From Halarcobacter sp. (GTDB taxonomy: Bacteria; Campylobacterota; Campylobacteria; Campylobacterales; Arcobacteraceae), in the NCBI GenBank assembly GCA_048571215.1, contig CP182352.1:3232001-3296000 (forward strand): a stretch of DNA of 64,000 bases, given 5' to 3'. Numbering within the stretch: position 1 is the stretch's first letter; the number at the start of each line of letters is the position of its first letter. The notes under the pieces were generated by a model. That model had not been told where the DNA came from. It worked only from the letters and a program-made list of their open reading frames with translations, and ran no database searches. Below, piece after piece: positions 1 through 8,629 of the stretch. The translations under genes and the position numbers were made by a program.

Positions 1-1075
1 GGTCTAAATTAGCTTTATAGTCACCACCAACTCCCATAAAAATATTAGCATTAGATACTCCAATATCAAATACAGATACAATTACATCATTAACCATAGG
101 TTCAATCCCATCGAATAAATCTGCAACATTTTTTGAAAGCCCTGTATTAATATCTACTTCTGCATACTTCCCATATGATAATGTTAAGGAACCATCAATA
201 TAAGCAAAATCTGCAATAGAGAATCCCCCATCAATATTGATAGTTTTTTCACTTATATTAAAATAGTCTTGGTTATAATAAAGACCTAAACTATTTTTTG
301 TATCCCAATCATCAATGTCAAAAACAATATCCCCAACTTCTTTTGCAACTAGGGAGATTTTATTTTGGTATTGAATAACATCAAAATATAAACTTCCATC
401 TCCAAAGCCATATAGTCCTTCTGCATTATCAAATTTACCAGAAATAGAATCGTAAGTCATAATGTCAAAAGTATCACCTGCTTTAACTTCATAATCTCCT
501 AGTATTGAAACTGATAATGTACCATCTAAAGAAACAGCTCCAGAAGCATTTATTTGGTCAAAACCATTAAAAGTTCCAGCATTTCCAGTTCCAGCAATTT
601 CTATTTCTAGAACTGCGTCATTTGTTTGAGTATAAGAATTTACATTTTGTACACCAGGAGAGTATCCAGGAGATACTTCACCTTGGTTTATTAAATCAAC
701 AACTAAAGAACCACTACCACCTAATGTTGTACCATCATCAACAATAAGTGAACTAAGAGATAATAAAGAAGAATCAAGGTTTGAGAAATCAACAAGGTTA
801 TTGTCATCTGCAAATGATTTTGTACTATATTCTATCTTTTGGGAATCTGTATTTGAATCAACTTGAACTATATTATTCTGGTCTTCATTTAAATATTCAA
901 TCATACTTGCAGATATTGGATCTGCTGATAGAAGAATCCTATCTTCTAGCGAATTGATTGTAAATTTGTTTTGTCCAGATGCTAATAATCTCTTTTGCTT
1001 TTTTTTCTCTAGTTTTCTATGCGCAATTTCTCTTGCTCTTCTAAATATTCTTAATTCTTTTATACTTGTTGACAT
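1..1075 (-). CDS. N-terminal part of a large LEPR-XLL-motif secreted/surface protein (runs off the window start)
   Basis: Not in ORF track. ATG at 1075 after AAGGG. Translates MSTSIKELRIFRRAREIAHRKLEKKKQKRLLASGQNKFTINSLEDRILLSADP, then GGSGSLVVDLINQGEVSPGYSPG beta-rich passenger-like sequence. The same frame is open at the window start. Confidence 0.8.
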   Translation of the reverse strand, partial: MSTSIKELRIFRRAREIAHRKLEKKKQKRLLASGQNKFTINSLEDRILLSADPISASMIEYLNEDQNNIVQVDSNTDSQKIEYSTKSFADDNNLVDFSNLDSSLLSLSSLIVDDGTTLGGSGSLVVDLINQGEVSPGYSPGVQNVNSYTQTNDAVLEIEIAGTGNAGTFNGFDQINASGAVSLDGTLSVSILGDYEVKAGDTFDIMTYDSISGKFDNAEGLYGFGDGSLYFDVIQYQNKISLVAKEVGDIVFDIDDWDTKNSLGLYYNQDYFNISEKTINIDGGFSIADFAYIDGSLTLSYGKYAEVDINTGLSKNVADLFDGIEPMVNDVIVSVFDIGVSNANIFMGVGGDYKANLD

Positions 1076-1304
1076 TGTAAACCCTTTGATTTATACAAGA
1101 TGGTATCTTATGATAATATTATACCATTTAGGTATCATATTAATATCACAAAAATTAGATTGCAATAGAATATATAAATTAATCAGTTTGTATATGTAAA
1201 ATATTTATAATATTGTATATTTTATAAACTGTAAAATTCCAGTTATTTAGTACACTTTTATATAAATAATAATAAAATGAAAAACATTATCTTGGAGGTG
1301 TGTA

Positions 1305-2669
1305 TTGGCAGAAAATAGAAATGCAGTGATTGAAACTTTTTGGGATATTTATTCAAATCAAGATAGACAAAAAGTTACAGAGTTTAAAAAGTATATGGAT
1401 AAGTTTGCAGTAAACTTCAATCTATATAAGGATGGGAATTTTATTGAAAGGTCTTTACCTTTTGATGTGATACCAAGAATAATGACCTCAGAAGAATTTG
1501 ATAAAATAAATAAGGGATTAAGTCAAAGAATAATCGCACTAAACCTTTTTTTAGAAGATTTATATACTGATAAAAAAATAGTAAAAGATAAGGTTGTTCC
1601 TGAAGAGTTTATTTATGAAGCAAAAGGTTATTTAAAAGAACTTCAAGGTTTTTCTCCTACAAAAAAACTTAGAACACACATAAATGGGATAGATTTAGTA
1701 AAAGATACAGTAACAGATGAATGGATAATATTAGAAGATAATTTAAGAGTTCCAAGTGGGGTTAGTTATCCTTTATCTATTAGAAATACTTTTAGAAAGA
1801 TATATCCAGAATTTTTTGAGAAGATGAAAATTAAGCCAATAAAAAATTATGCTTCAATATTAACTGAAGCTATGGATTATGTAAATTGTGATGGAATAAA
1901 TGTTGTATTAACTCCAGGGAGGTTTAATTCAGCATATTATGAACATGCATATTTAGCAGAAATCATAGGAGCAAAACTTGTTAGAAATAGTGAACTTGTT
2001 GTGGAAAATAAGATATTATATTTCAAAAACTACAATGGTAAAAAGATAAAAGTAGGTTCTATTTATAGAAGACTTGATGATGAGTTTTTAGATCCAAAAT
2101 ATTTCAATGAAGAGAGTTTAATCGGAGTTCCAGGTATCATGGAAGCATATTTAGCTGGAAATGTTTCAATTATGAATGCACCAGGTAATGGAGTAGCAGA
2201 TGATAAAGGTATATACTATTTTGTTCCAAAAATGATTAAGTATTATCTAAATGAAGAGCCTATTTTAAAAAATGCACCAACATATTTACCATATTTTGAA
2301 AAAGACAAAAACTATATTTTTGATAATATAGAAAAACTAGTTATAAAAGATGTAGCAGAAGCTGGTGGGTATGGTGTGATGTTTGGACATGCTATGTCAG
2401 AGCTTCAACTTCAAGATATAAAAACAATTATTAAGGCAAATCCAAGAAGATTCATTGCACAAGAATTGGTTGAGTTTTATGATGAAGATTGTTATATAAA
2501 TGATGAGATAGTAAAAAGAAAAGCAGACTTTAGAGCATATGTTGTTATGGCAGATGAGCCAAAAGTTTGGGCTTGTGGTTTGACGCGATATGCTTTGGAT
2601 GCTGGGAATTATTTAGTTAATTCATCACAAGGTGGCGGTTTTAAAGATACTTGGGTTATGGAGGCATAA
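1305..2669 (+). CDS. Circularly permuted type 2 ATP-grasp protein (peptide ligase-like)
   Basis: PFDVIPR, LEDNLRVPSGVSY, LTPGRFNSAYYEH, IYRRLDDEFLDP, NAPGNGVADDK, VNSSQGGGFKDTWV motifs; GGAGG RBS before TTG start. Confidence 0.92.
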   Translation: MAENRNAVIETFWDIYSNQDRQKVTEFKKYMDKFAVNFNLYKDGNFIERSLPFDVIPRIMTSEEFDKINKGLSQRIIALNLFLEDLYTDKKIVKDKVVPEEFIYEAKGYLKELQGFSPTKKLRTHINGIDLVKDTVTDEWIILEDNLRVPSGVSYPLSIRNTFRKIYPEFFEKMKIKPIKNYASILTEAMDYVNCDGINVVLTPGRFNSAYYEHAYLAEIIGAKLVRNSELVVENKILYFKNYNGKKIKVGSIYRRLDDEFLDPKYFNEESLIGVPGIMEAYLAGNVSIMNAPGNGVADDKGIYYFVPKMIKYYLNEEPILKNAPTYLPYFEKDKNYIFDNIEKLVIKDVAEAGGYGVMFGHAMSELQLQDIKTIIKANPRRFIAQELVEFYDEDCYINDEIVKRKADFRAYVVMADEPKVWACGLTRYALDAGNYLVNSSQGGGFKDTWVMEA

Positions 2670-2670
2670 G

Positions 2671-3336
2671 ATGGAGCAATTATTAACAGCAAATGTAGCA
2701 AGTAACCTTTATTGGTTGGGAAGATATTTAGAAAGAATGGAATCAACTCTTATGGAGATAATTCCAGCTTTTGATAATATAATTGATGTAGATAAAGCCT
2801 CAGGAAAAAAACTATATAAAAGATTTGAGATTGATATCAAATACAAAAATGCAAATAGTTTTTTAGATGCTGCTGTTTTTGGAGAACATGATGCAAATAT
2901 TTATACTCTTATTAGTTATGTTAGAGAAAATGCGATTATTTCAAGATCATATATAGATGCAAATGCCTTTGGTTCTATTATAGAATTATCTGATACTTTA
3001 AAACAAGCAAATAATGATAACTTTGTTATTGATTGCTCCTTTGTTGAAAAAATCTCTTCAAGAGTTAGTGAAGTCTGGGGAGAATTAACAAGAAAACAAA
3101 AAAGAAATACAAGCGATTATTTTATTAGACTTGGAAAACTTGTTGAAAAAGTTGATTTTCATCTAAGATTAAAAAGAGACAAAACTTTTTCATTGGTGAT
3201 TATGGATGAGATAGATAGTATTGTATTAAGATTAAATCCTGAAGCAGAATTTGTAGCTCATGATGAGAGAGAATCTTATGATACAATTCTAAACTCTATA
3301 AATGGGAAAATAAATAAAATTATAGTTGAAGACTAA
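2671..3336 (+). CDS. Alpha-E domain protein (DUF403-like)
   Basis: ASNLYWLGRYLERME motif, second half-repeat RLGKLVEK; follows the ATP-grasp gene; ATG 2671 after GGAGG. Confidence 0.88.
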   Translation: MEQLLTANVASNLYWLGRYLERMESTLMEIIPAFDNIIDVDKASGKKLYKRFEIDIKYKNANSFLDAAVFGEHDANIYTLISYVRENAIISRSYIDANAFGSIIELSDTLKQANNDNFVIDCSFVEKISSRVSEVWGELTRKQKRNTSDYFIRLGKLVEKVDFHLRLKRDKTFSLVIMDEIDSIVLRLNPEAEFVAHDERESYDTILNSINGKINKIIVED

Positions 3337-4289
3337 TGAAAACAACTGAAATCTTCACTTCACAACTTCCAGTTGGGGAAAAACTATCTATAAAAAGAAC
3401 AAGGTTTCAAGCAAAAGGGAAAAAAAGTAAGAAGCTCAAAAGAATCTCTATAGTAAGTGGAATTCATGGGGATGAATTAGAGGGACAGTTGGTTATATAT
3501 TTACTTGCTAAATGGTTAAATGAAAATATAGATAAACTAAATGCAATAGTTGATATTTATCCTGCTGTAAACCCTCTAGGAATAGATACCATAACAAGAA
3601 GTTTCCCAAATTATGATGTGGATTTAAATAGGGCTTTCCCTGGAAGTGACAATGAGTTTCTCCCGGGACAAGTTGTTCATGCTCTAGCACAAGATATAAA
3701 AGGTAGTGACATAGCTATTGATATCCATTCTAGTAATATATTTTTAAGAGAAATTCCTCAAATAAGAATAAACAAAGAGTTTTCTAAAAAAACTCTGCCC
3801 TTAGCACGAGAGTTAAATTGTGATTTTATTTGGATACACGATGCAGTGACAGTTTTAGAAGCAACCTTTTCTCATACCTTAAACTCATTAGGAACTAAAA
3901 CTTTAGTTGTTGAGATGGGTGTTGGGATGAGACTTACAAAAGAGTATGGGCAACAGCTTTTAATTGGTATTTTAAATCTTATGAAAAAGCAAGGTATGAT
4001 AACTTGTGAGGAAACTTTTAAAGTAAAAACACCATTTAGTTCTTTAAAAGGGGATGTGTCTTATATAAATGCACCTAAAAGTGGCTTATTTGTACCCTCT
4101 CTTGACCATTGTGATATTATAAAAAAAGGTGATAAAATAGGTGAAATAGTAAATCCTTTAACAGGGGAAGTTTTAAGTGAATTATTAGCACCAAATGGTG
4201 GGATTTTATTTACACTAAGAGAATATCCTGTAGTATATGAGGGTTCCTTACTTGCAAGAATTTTTGGAGATAAAAGTGAAGAGAATTGA
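3336..4289 (+). CDS. M14 family metallopeptidase (succinylglutamate desuccinylase/aspartoacylase-like), active-site residues intact
   Basis: GIHGDE, DLNRAFPG, DIHSS and VEMG motifs; C-terminal lipoyl-like beta module. Confidence 0.88.
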   Translation: MKTTEIFTSQLPVGEKLSIKRTRFQAKGKKSKKLKRISIVSGIHGDELEGQLVIYLLAKWLNENIDKLNAIVDIYPAVNPLGIDTITRSFPNYDVDLNRAFPGSDNEFLPGQVVHALAQDIKGSDIAIDIHSSNIFLREIPQIRINKEFSKKTLPLARELNCDFIWIHDAVTVLEATFSHTLNSLGTKTLVVEMGVGMRLTKEYGQQLLIGILNLMKKQGMITCEETFKVKTPFSSLKGDVSYINAPKSGLFVPSLDHCDIIKKGDKIGEIVNPLTGEVLSELLAPNGGILFTLREYPVVYEGSLLARIFGDKSEEN

Positions 4290-5208
4290 GGTTTTAAGAA
4301 TAGAATCTTTAAGTAGAGAACCTTTAGTTGTAGAAGGGTATTTATTTAAAGGTACAGTTAAAAATGCTCCTAAAGTTGCAATAGTAGGTGCAATGGAAGG
4401 GGAAGGAATTCTTGCTTTATATTGTGCTGCTAGACTTGTGGATTTTTTTAGAAATAGAATCGATAAAAAAAAGATAAAAGGTGATATCTTAATAATCCCT
4501 TCAATAAACCATTATGCTTTTAATACAGGAAAAAGGTTTTGGCCTTTAGACAATACAAATATCAATATGATGTTCCCAGGCTACGAGCTTGGAGAGACAA
4601 CACAAAAGATTGCAAAAAGAGTTTTTGATGTATTGCAAGGGTATGATTATGGGATTATTTTAGAAAAAAGACATGATCCTGTTAACTGTATCCCATATAT
4701 TAAACTTTTTCAAAGTAAGTTTGAGGATTTGAAGGCTGCAAAAAGATTTGGTTTTAAATTTATTCACCATAGAAAAATGAAATCTATAGATAGTGTGACT
4801 TTACAATATAATTGGCAATTATGGGGAACAAAAGCTTATTCTGTGATGTGCCCAACAACAAAACAAGTTGATAAAAAGATATCAAGTCAAATAAATCAAG
4901 CAATTCTTAGATTTATGAATAAATCTAAAATTATAGATTTTTCAATATTTAATGGATATGAATCTACAGTTGTAAAAACCGATGAGATAGATGTTATAAA
5001 AAGTCCCAAAAGCGGCATTTTTATTTCAAAAGAGAGTCCTGGAAATTATGTAAATAAAAACCAAGTAATAGGGGAGATTATAGATTCTTTAGAGGGGAAT
5101 ATATCCCATGAGTTCTTATCTCCATGTGATGGGATGATTACTTGTTTTTATAATGATTCTTTGATATACGAAAATGCAGTAGCTTTTAGGATTGCAAAGA
5201 TTGGCTAA
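4276..5208 (+). CDS. M14/ASTE-ASPA-like paralog with degenerate active site
   Basis: Same architecture as upstream gene, but GAMEGEG, NINMMFPG, ILEKR and SVMCP replace the Zn/catalytic motifs; likely GTG start at 4276 after GGAG. Confidence 0.8.
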   Translation: MKRIEVLRIESLSREPLVVEGYLFKGTVKNAPKVAIVGAMEGEGILALYCAARLVDFFRNRIDKKKIKGDILIIPSINHYAFNTGKRFWPLDNTNINMMFPGYELGETTQKIAKRVFDVLQGYDYGIILEKRHDPVNCIPYIKLFQSKFEDLKAAKRFGFKFIHHRKMKSIDSVTLQYNWQLWGTKAYSVMCPTTKQVDKKISSQINQAILRFMNKSKIIDFSIFNGYESTVVKTDEIDVIKSPKSGIFISKESPGNYVNKNQVIGEIIDSLEGNISHEFLSPCDGMITCFYNDSLIYENAVAFRIAKIG

Positions 5209-6134
5209 ATAGTTTGGCTTTGTGTTTGAGCTTGTGCATATTGAACATTTTCAATACTTTGTACATTTACTCTTACACTAAGTTTACTTTTCCCACTACT
5301 TTGTACTACACCTTTAAGGGGAGATATATCAGAATAATCCCTTCCATATCCTAACAATATATACTCTTCATTTGGCATTTTGTTATTTGTTGGATCAAAA
5401 TCAACCCAACCAAAACCAGGGATATATATAGAAAACCAGGCATGTGAAGCATCCGAACCAAATAGTTTTTTTTGTCCTTCTTTAGGGTAGGTTTGGATAT
5501 ATCCACTTACATATCGTGTTGGGACTCCTATACTTCTTAAAGCAGATATTGCAAATTGGGCAAAATCTTGACACACCCCTTTTTTTTGTTCAAAAACAAG
5601 CTCAATAGGGGTTGTTATATCTGTAAATCCTGATACAAATTTAAAATCATTAAAGATTCTTTGCATAAACTCATAAGTAGCTTCAAAAATAGGTCTATTT
5701 TCACTAAATGATTGAAGTACATACTCTTTTATATTTTTTGATGCCATTGGAATCGAATCGGTTTCAAATAAATAATGACAAGCTAGTACATCTGATGGAT
5801 CTTTTCTAAGTCTTTGTTTAGCTTCTTGATAAGTTATTGTTAAAGCTTTCGCCTTGTTTATCTCTTCGTAGATATAATTTTCTAAAAGTTCAACCTTTGA
5901 TTTTGAAGTAACAATTAAATCTTTATGGGCTTCACGTATTAGCATAAAGGTATTTTCATTTCCAAAATAGTCTGTAAACTCACTTGTCTCAAATGGAGTT
6001 GGAGATATCTCTAAGGTATGCTCTAAAAGTTTTTGTTTAGAACAGTTCTTTGGGGTTAACCTTGCTATATCGTGACTGAAAGTTACAAGTGATGGGTAGT
6101 TGAATTTTGTTTCGTGAAATATTTCGTATATCAT
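5205..6134 (-). CDS. Bacterial transglutaminase-like protein (N-terminal domain + core)
   Basis: Catalytic triad motifs GVCQDFAQ, SHAW, FDPTN; GRDYSDISP. Confidence 0.92.
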   Translation of the reverse strand: MIYEIFHETKFNYPSLVTFSHDIARLTPKNCSKQKLLEHTLEISPTPFETSEFTDYFGNENTFMLIREAHKDLIVTSKSKVELLENYIYEEINKAKALTITYQEAKQRLRKDPSDVLACHYLFETDSIPMASKNIKEYVLQSFSENRPIFEATYEFMQRIFNDFKFVSGFTDITTPIELVFEQKKGVCQDFAQFAISALRSIGVPTRYVSGYIQTYPKEGQKKLFGSDASHAWFSIYIPGFGWVDFDPTNNKMPNEEYILLGYGRDYSDISPLKGVVQSSGKSKLSVRVNVQSIENVQYAQAQTQSQTI

Positions 6135-8629
6135 TATTGCTCATTATAGTGTGAAAAATATGTTTTTGTTAGCTCTTCTGATGTTTGTGTCAGAAAATCT
6201 GAAATTTGTGCTAAAAAAGTGTCCAATTCTAGATATATAAAATCCTCTTCTTTGGTTTCTAATAGTTTTTTTGCATTGCTTAATCTTAACATAGAATATA
6301 CTTTAAATACAGGTTCTTCAAAGCTATCAAGATAAAGACTTGTAGAGTTGTCTGGAAGCTCTTTTAGACTTTTTAAAAGTTCCTCAATAGTGTATATTAG
6401 TGATTTTGGATATTTATTATTAAGTAGCAAAAACTCTACTACACTTTCAAGTTCGAGTGTAGTTTTATAGTACCCTCTATAGGCATTATAACTCTCATAT
6501 GAGTTTAACATAGAATCAAGTATATCATACTCTAATGTTTTATCATATTTAGTTGTAAGCAAAGAACGAATTTTTGATATCAAAAGTTGTGAAATTTCGA
6601 TTTTACAACCAATATCATATAAAATCAAACCTTGGTCATTTGAGATACTCTCATCAATTAGCTCTTTATATGCTATTAGGTGTATCAAAAGGCTATCAAG
6701 TTCATTTATATGTTCTCTATTTGATAGTATAGATCTTTTATTGTATGCAAACCATTTTTTTCTCATCTTATCATAAACTCTCCAAGCATCCATGGTCAGA
6801 AGATTTTTGATATTTGCATTTATATTACTTAGCATTGAAAGGGTAAAAGATAAACTTCCTACTCTATTTTCATCTTGAATTATAGAAGTAATCTCTTGTA
6901 TTGGTTTTATCTCTTCCTCCTCTTCTAAAAAGCCAGGATAGGTCATAGTAAGGTGAGTTAGACATACATTTAAAATCTGATTGCTAGTATTTGAGGTGTT
7001 TCTCTCCTCATATCTATTTAGGTGTAATAAGCTTTTTAGATTAAATCTTAACATCCTTGTAGTGATAATTGCTCTATTTAGATATCTTCCAAGCCAAAAT
7101 AGGTTTTCAGCCCGTTTAGTAGATATATTTTCTAGTTTTGTATCTAAAAGACCTCTTTGTTTTATAATCCTACTTATTTTTTCCTCTTCATCTTTTCCAA
7201 GTATCCATAAATCTTTACTTGTTCCTCCTCTTTGGTTGGAAACCACTAAAGAGTCTTTTTTATTTGATACTCTTACTAATCCACTTGGCATAACTTCATA
7301 TTCATCATCTTTCAAATATGAAAAGGCTCTAATCACTGCATTTCTAGGTTCAATATGGTTATTTGTATATGAAGGAGTTGTAGAAAAATCAATAATCTCT
7401 TGACCCACATAATAAATAGGAGAAGTTAGAATTTTCTCTTTTAAAGAGATTTGCTCCTCTTCACTTAATTTATTTCCAAAATAAACCTCTATGGTTTCAG
7501 TTCTGTCAATTTTTTTAATAATAAGATTATGAATATTTGCTAATACAAAATCTAATTCTTTTTTTTGACCACACCACCATGTTGCTATTTGTGGAAGAAT
7601 TAAATCTTCATTTAGAAAAAATTTAGCAATATTTTTCATAAAAGGGTTTAATCCTACATTTTCAAGTACCCCTATACCTATCGGATTTATCATAGAGAGA
7701 TTATCATTTCTAAGGGTATTTATTAATCCTGCAACTCCAAGGTGAGAACCACTTTCTAATTCTAATGGGTCACAAAATTTTGAATCAACTCTTCTTATCA
7801 TAGAATCAACTTTTTTTAATCCACTTAGGGTTTTTAGCCAAAGTTGATTGTTTTTTGTAAGTAAGTCTTCCCCTTGAACCAAAGTTAGATTTAAAAAAGA
7901 GCTAAGATATGAGTGCTCAAAATAGGTTTCGTTGTGAGGACCAGGAGTTAAAAGTACTATTAGAGGTTCTTCATTTTTCCTATTTGCACTTTTTATTAGC
8001 ATATCCTTATACCCTTCAATAAAGCCTGCAATTTTTTTTATATCTACACCTTGGTATAAATCAGACAAAATCGAGTTCATTGTGAGTCTATTCTCTATGG
8101 CATAACCAAGACCTGAAGGTGATTGAGTTCTATCATTTATAACCCAAAACTTCCCATCTGGACCCCTACTTATATCAGAGGCATAAAATTTCATTTTGTA
8201 GTAGTCTTGATTTTTGAAGTTAAAAACCTCAGGAAGAAAACTTTTATGGGCAAAGATAATCTCAGCTGGAACAATTTTCTCTTTTATCAATCTTTGTTCT
8301 GTATATAAGTCCTTAAAGGTTAAGCTTAAAAGTTTTGCTCTTTGTTTTAAGCCAGCACTTACTTCATCCCACTCTTTGGAACTTAATATAAAAGGTATAG
8401 GGTCTAAGTTCCATCTTCTATTTGTACCCTCTGGGTCATTATATACATTGTATGTAACCCCATTATCTTCAAGTCTCCAGTCTATCTCAGTTTGTTTTTG
8501 TTCAAGCATTTCAAGACCTGAATTTTCTAAAGATGCTTTAATATTTTGCCAATGTTCCCTTACATTGCAGTTTTTATCAAACATCTCATCAAAAGCTGAG
8601 TCTAATTTACAACTATCAAAAATATCCAT
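6134..8629 (-). CDS. Circularly permuted ATP-grasp type 2 fused to alpha-E domain
   Basis: LDPIP, DRTQSPSGLGYA, LTPGPHNETYFEH, RRVDSKFCDPLEL, SNQRGGTSKDLW, then AENLFWLGRY alpha-E start. Confidence 0.92.
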   Translation of the reverse strand: MDIFDSCKLDSAFDEMFDKNCNVREHWQNIKASLENSGLEMLEQKQTEIDWRLEDNGVTYNVYNDPEGTNRRWNLDPIPFILSSKEWDEVSAGLKQRAKLLSLTFKDLYTEQRLIKEKIVPAEIIFAHKSFLPEVFNFKNQDYYKMKFYASDISRGPDGKFWVINDRTQSPSGLGYAIENRLTMNSILSDLYQGVDIKKIAGFIEGYKDMLIKSANRKNEEPLIVLLTPGPHNETYFEHSYLSSFLNLTLVQGEDLLTKNNQLWLKTLSGLKKVDSMIRRVDSKFCDPLELESGSHLGVAGLINTLRNDNLSMINPIGIGVLENVGLNPFMKNIAKFFLNEDLILPQIATWWCGQKKELDFVLANIHNLIIKKIDRTETIEVYFGNKLSEEEQISLKEKILTSPIYYVGQEIIDFSTTPSYTNNHIEPRNAVIRAFSYLKDDEYEVMPSGLVRVSNKKDSLVVSNQRGGTSKDLWILGKDEEEKISRIIKQRGLLDTKLENISTKRAENLFWLGRYLNRAIITTRMLRFNLKSLLHLNRYEERNTSNTSNQILNVCLTHLTMTYPGFLEEEEEIKPIQEITSIIQDENRVGSLSFTLSMLSNINANIKNLLTMDAWRVYDKMRKKWFAYNKRSILSNREHINELDSLLIHLIAYKELIDESISNDQGLILYDIGCKIEISQLLISKIRSLLTTKYDKTLEYDILDSMLNSYESYNAYRGYYKTTLELESVVEFLLLNNKYPKSLIYTIEELLKSLKELPDNSTSLYLDSFEEPVFKVYSMLRLSNAKKLLETKEEDFIYLELDTFLAQISDFLTQTSEELTKTYFSHYNEQ

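Noticed and set aside
1100..1127. ATGGTAT-N14-ATACCAT inverted repeat upstream of the LEPR-XLL gene
   Set aside because: Possible operator, but short, AT-rich and not assignable to any regulator.
954..1199. 81-aa plus-strand ORF
   Set aside because: Antisense shadow of the LEPR-XLL gene start and its promoter region.
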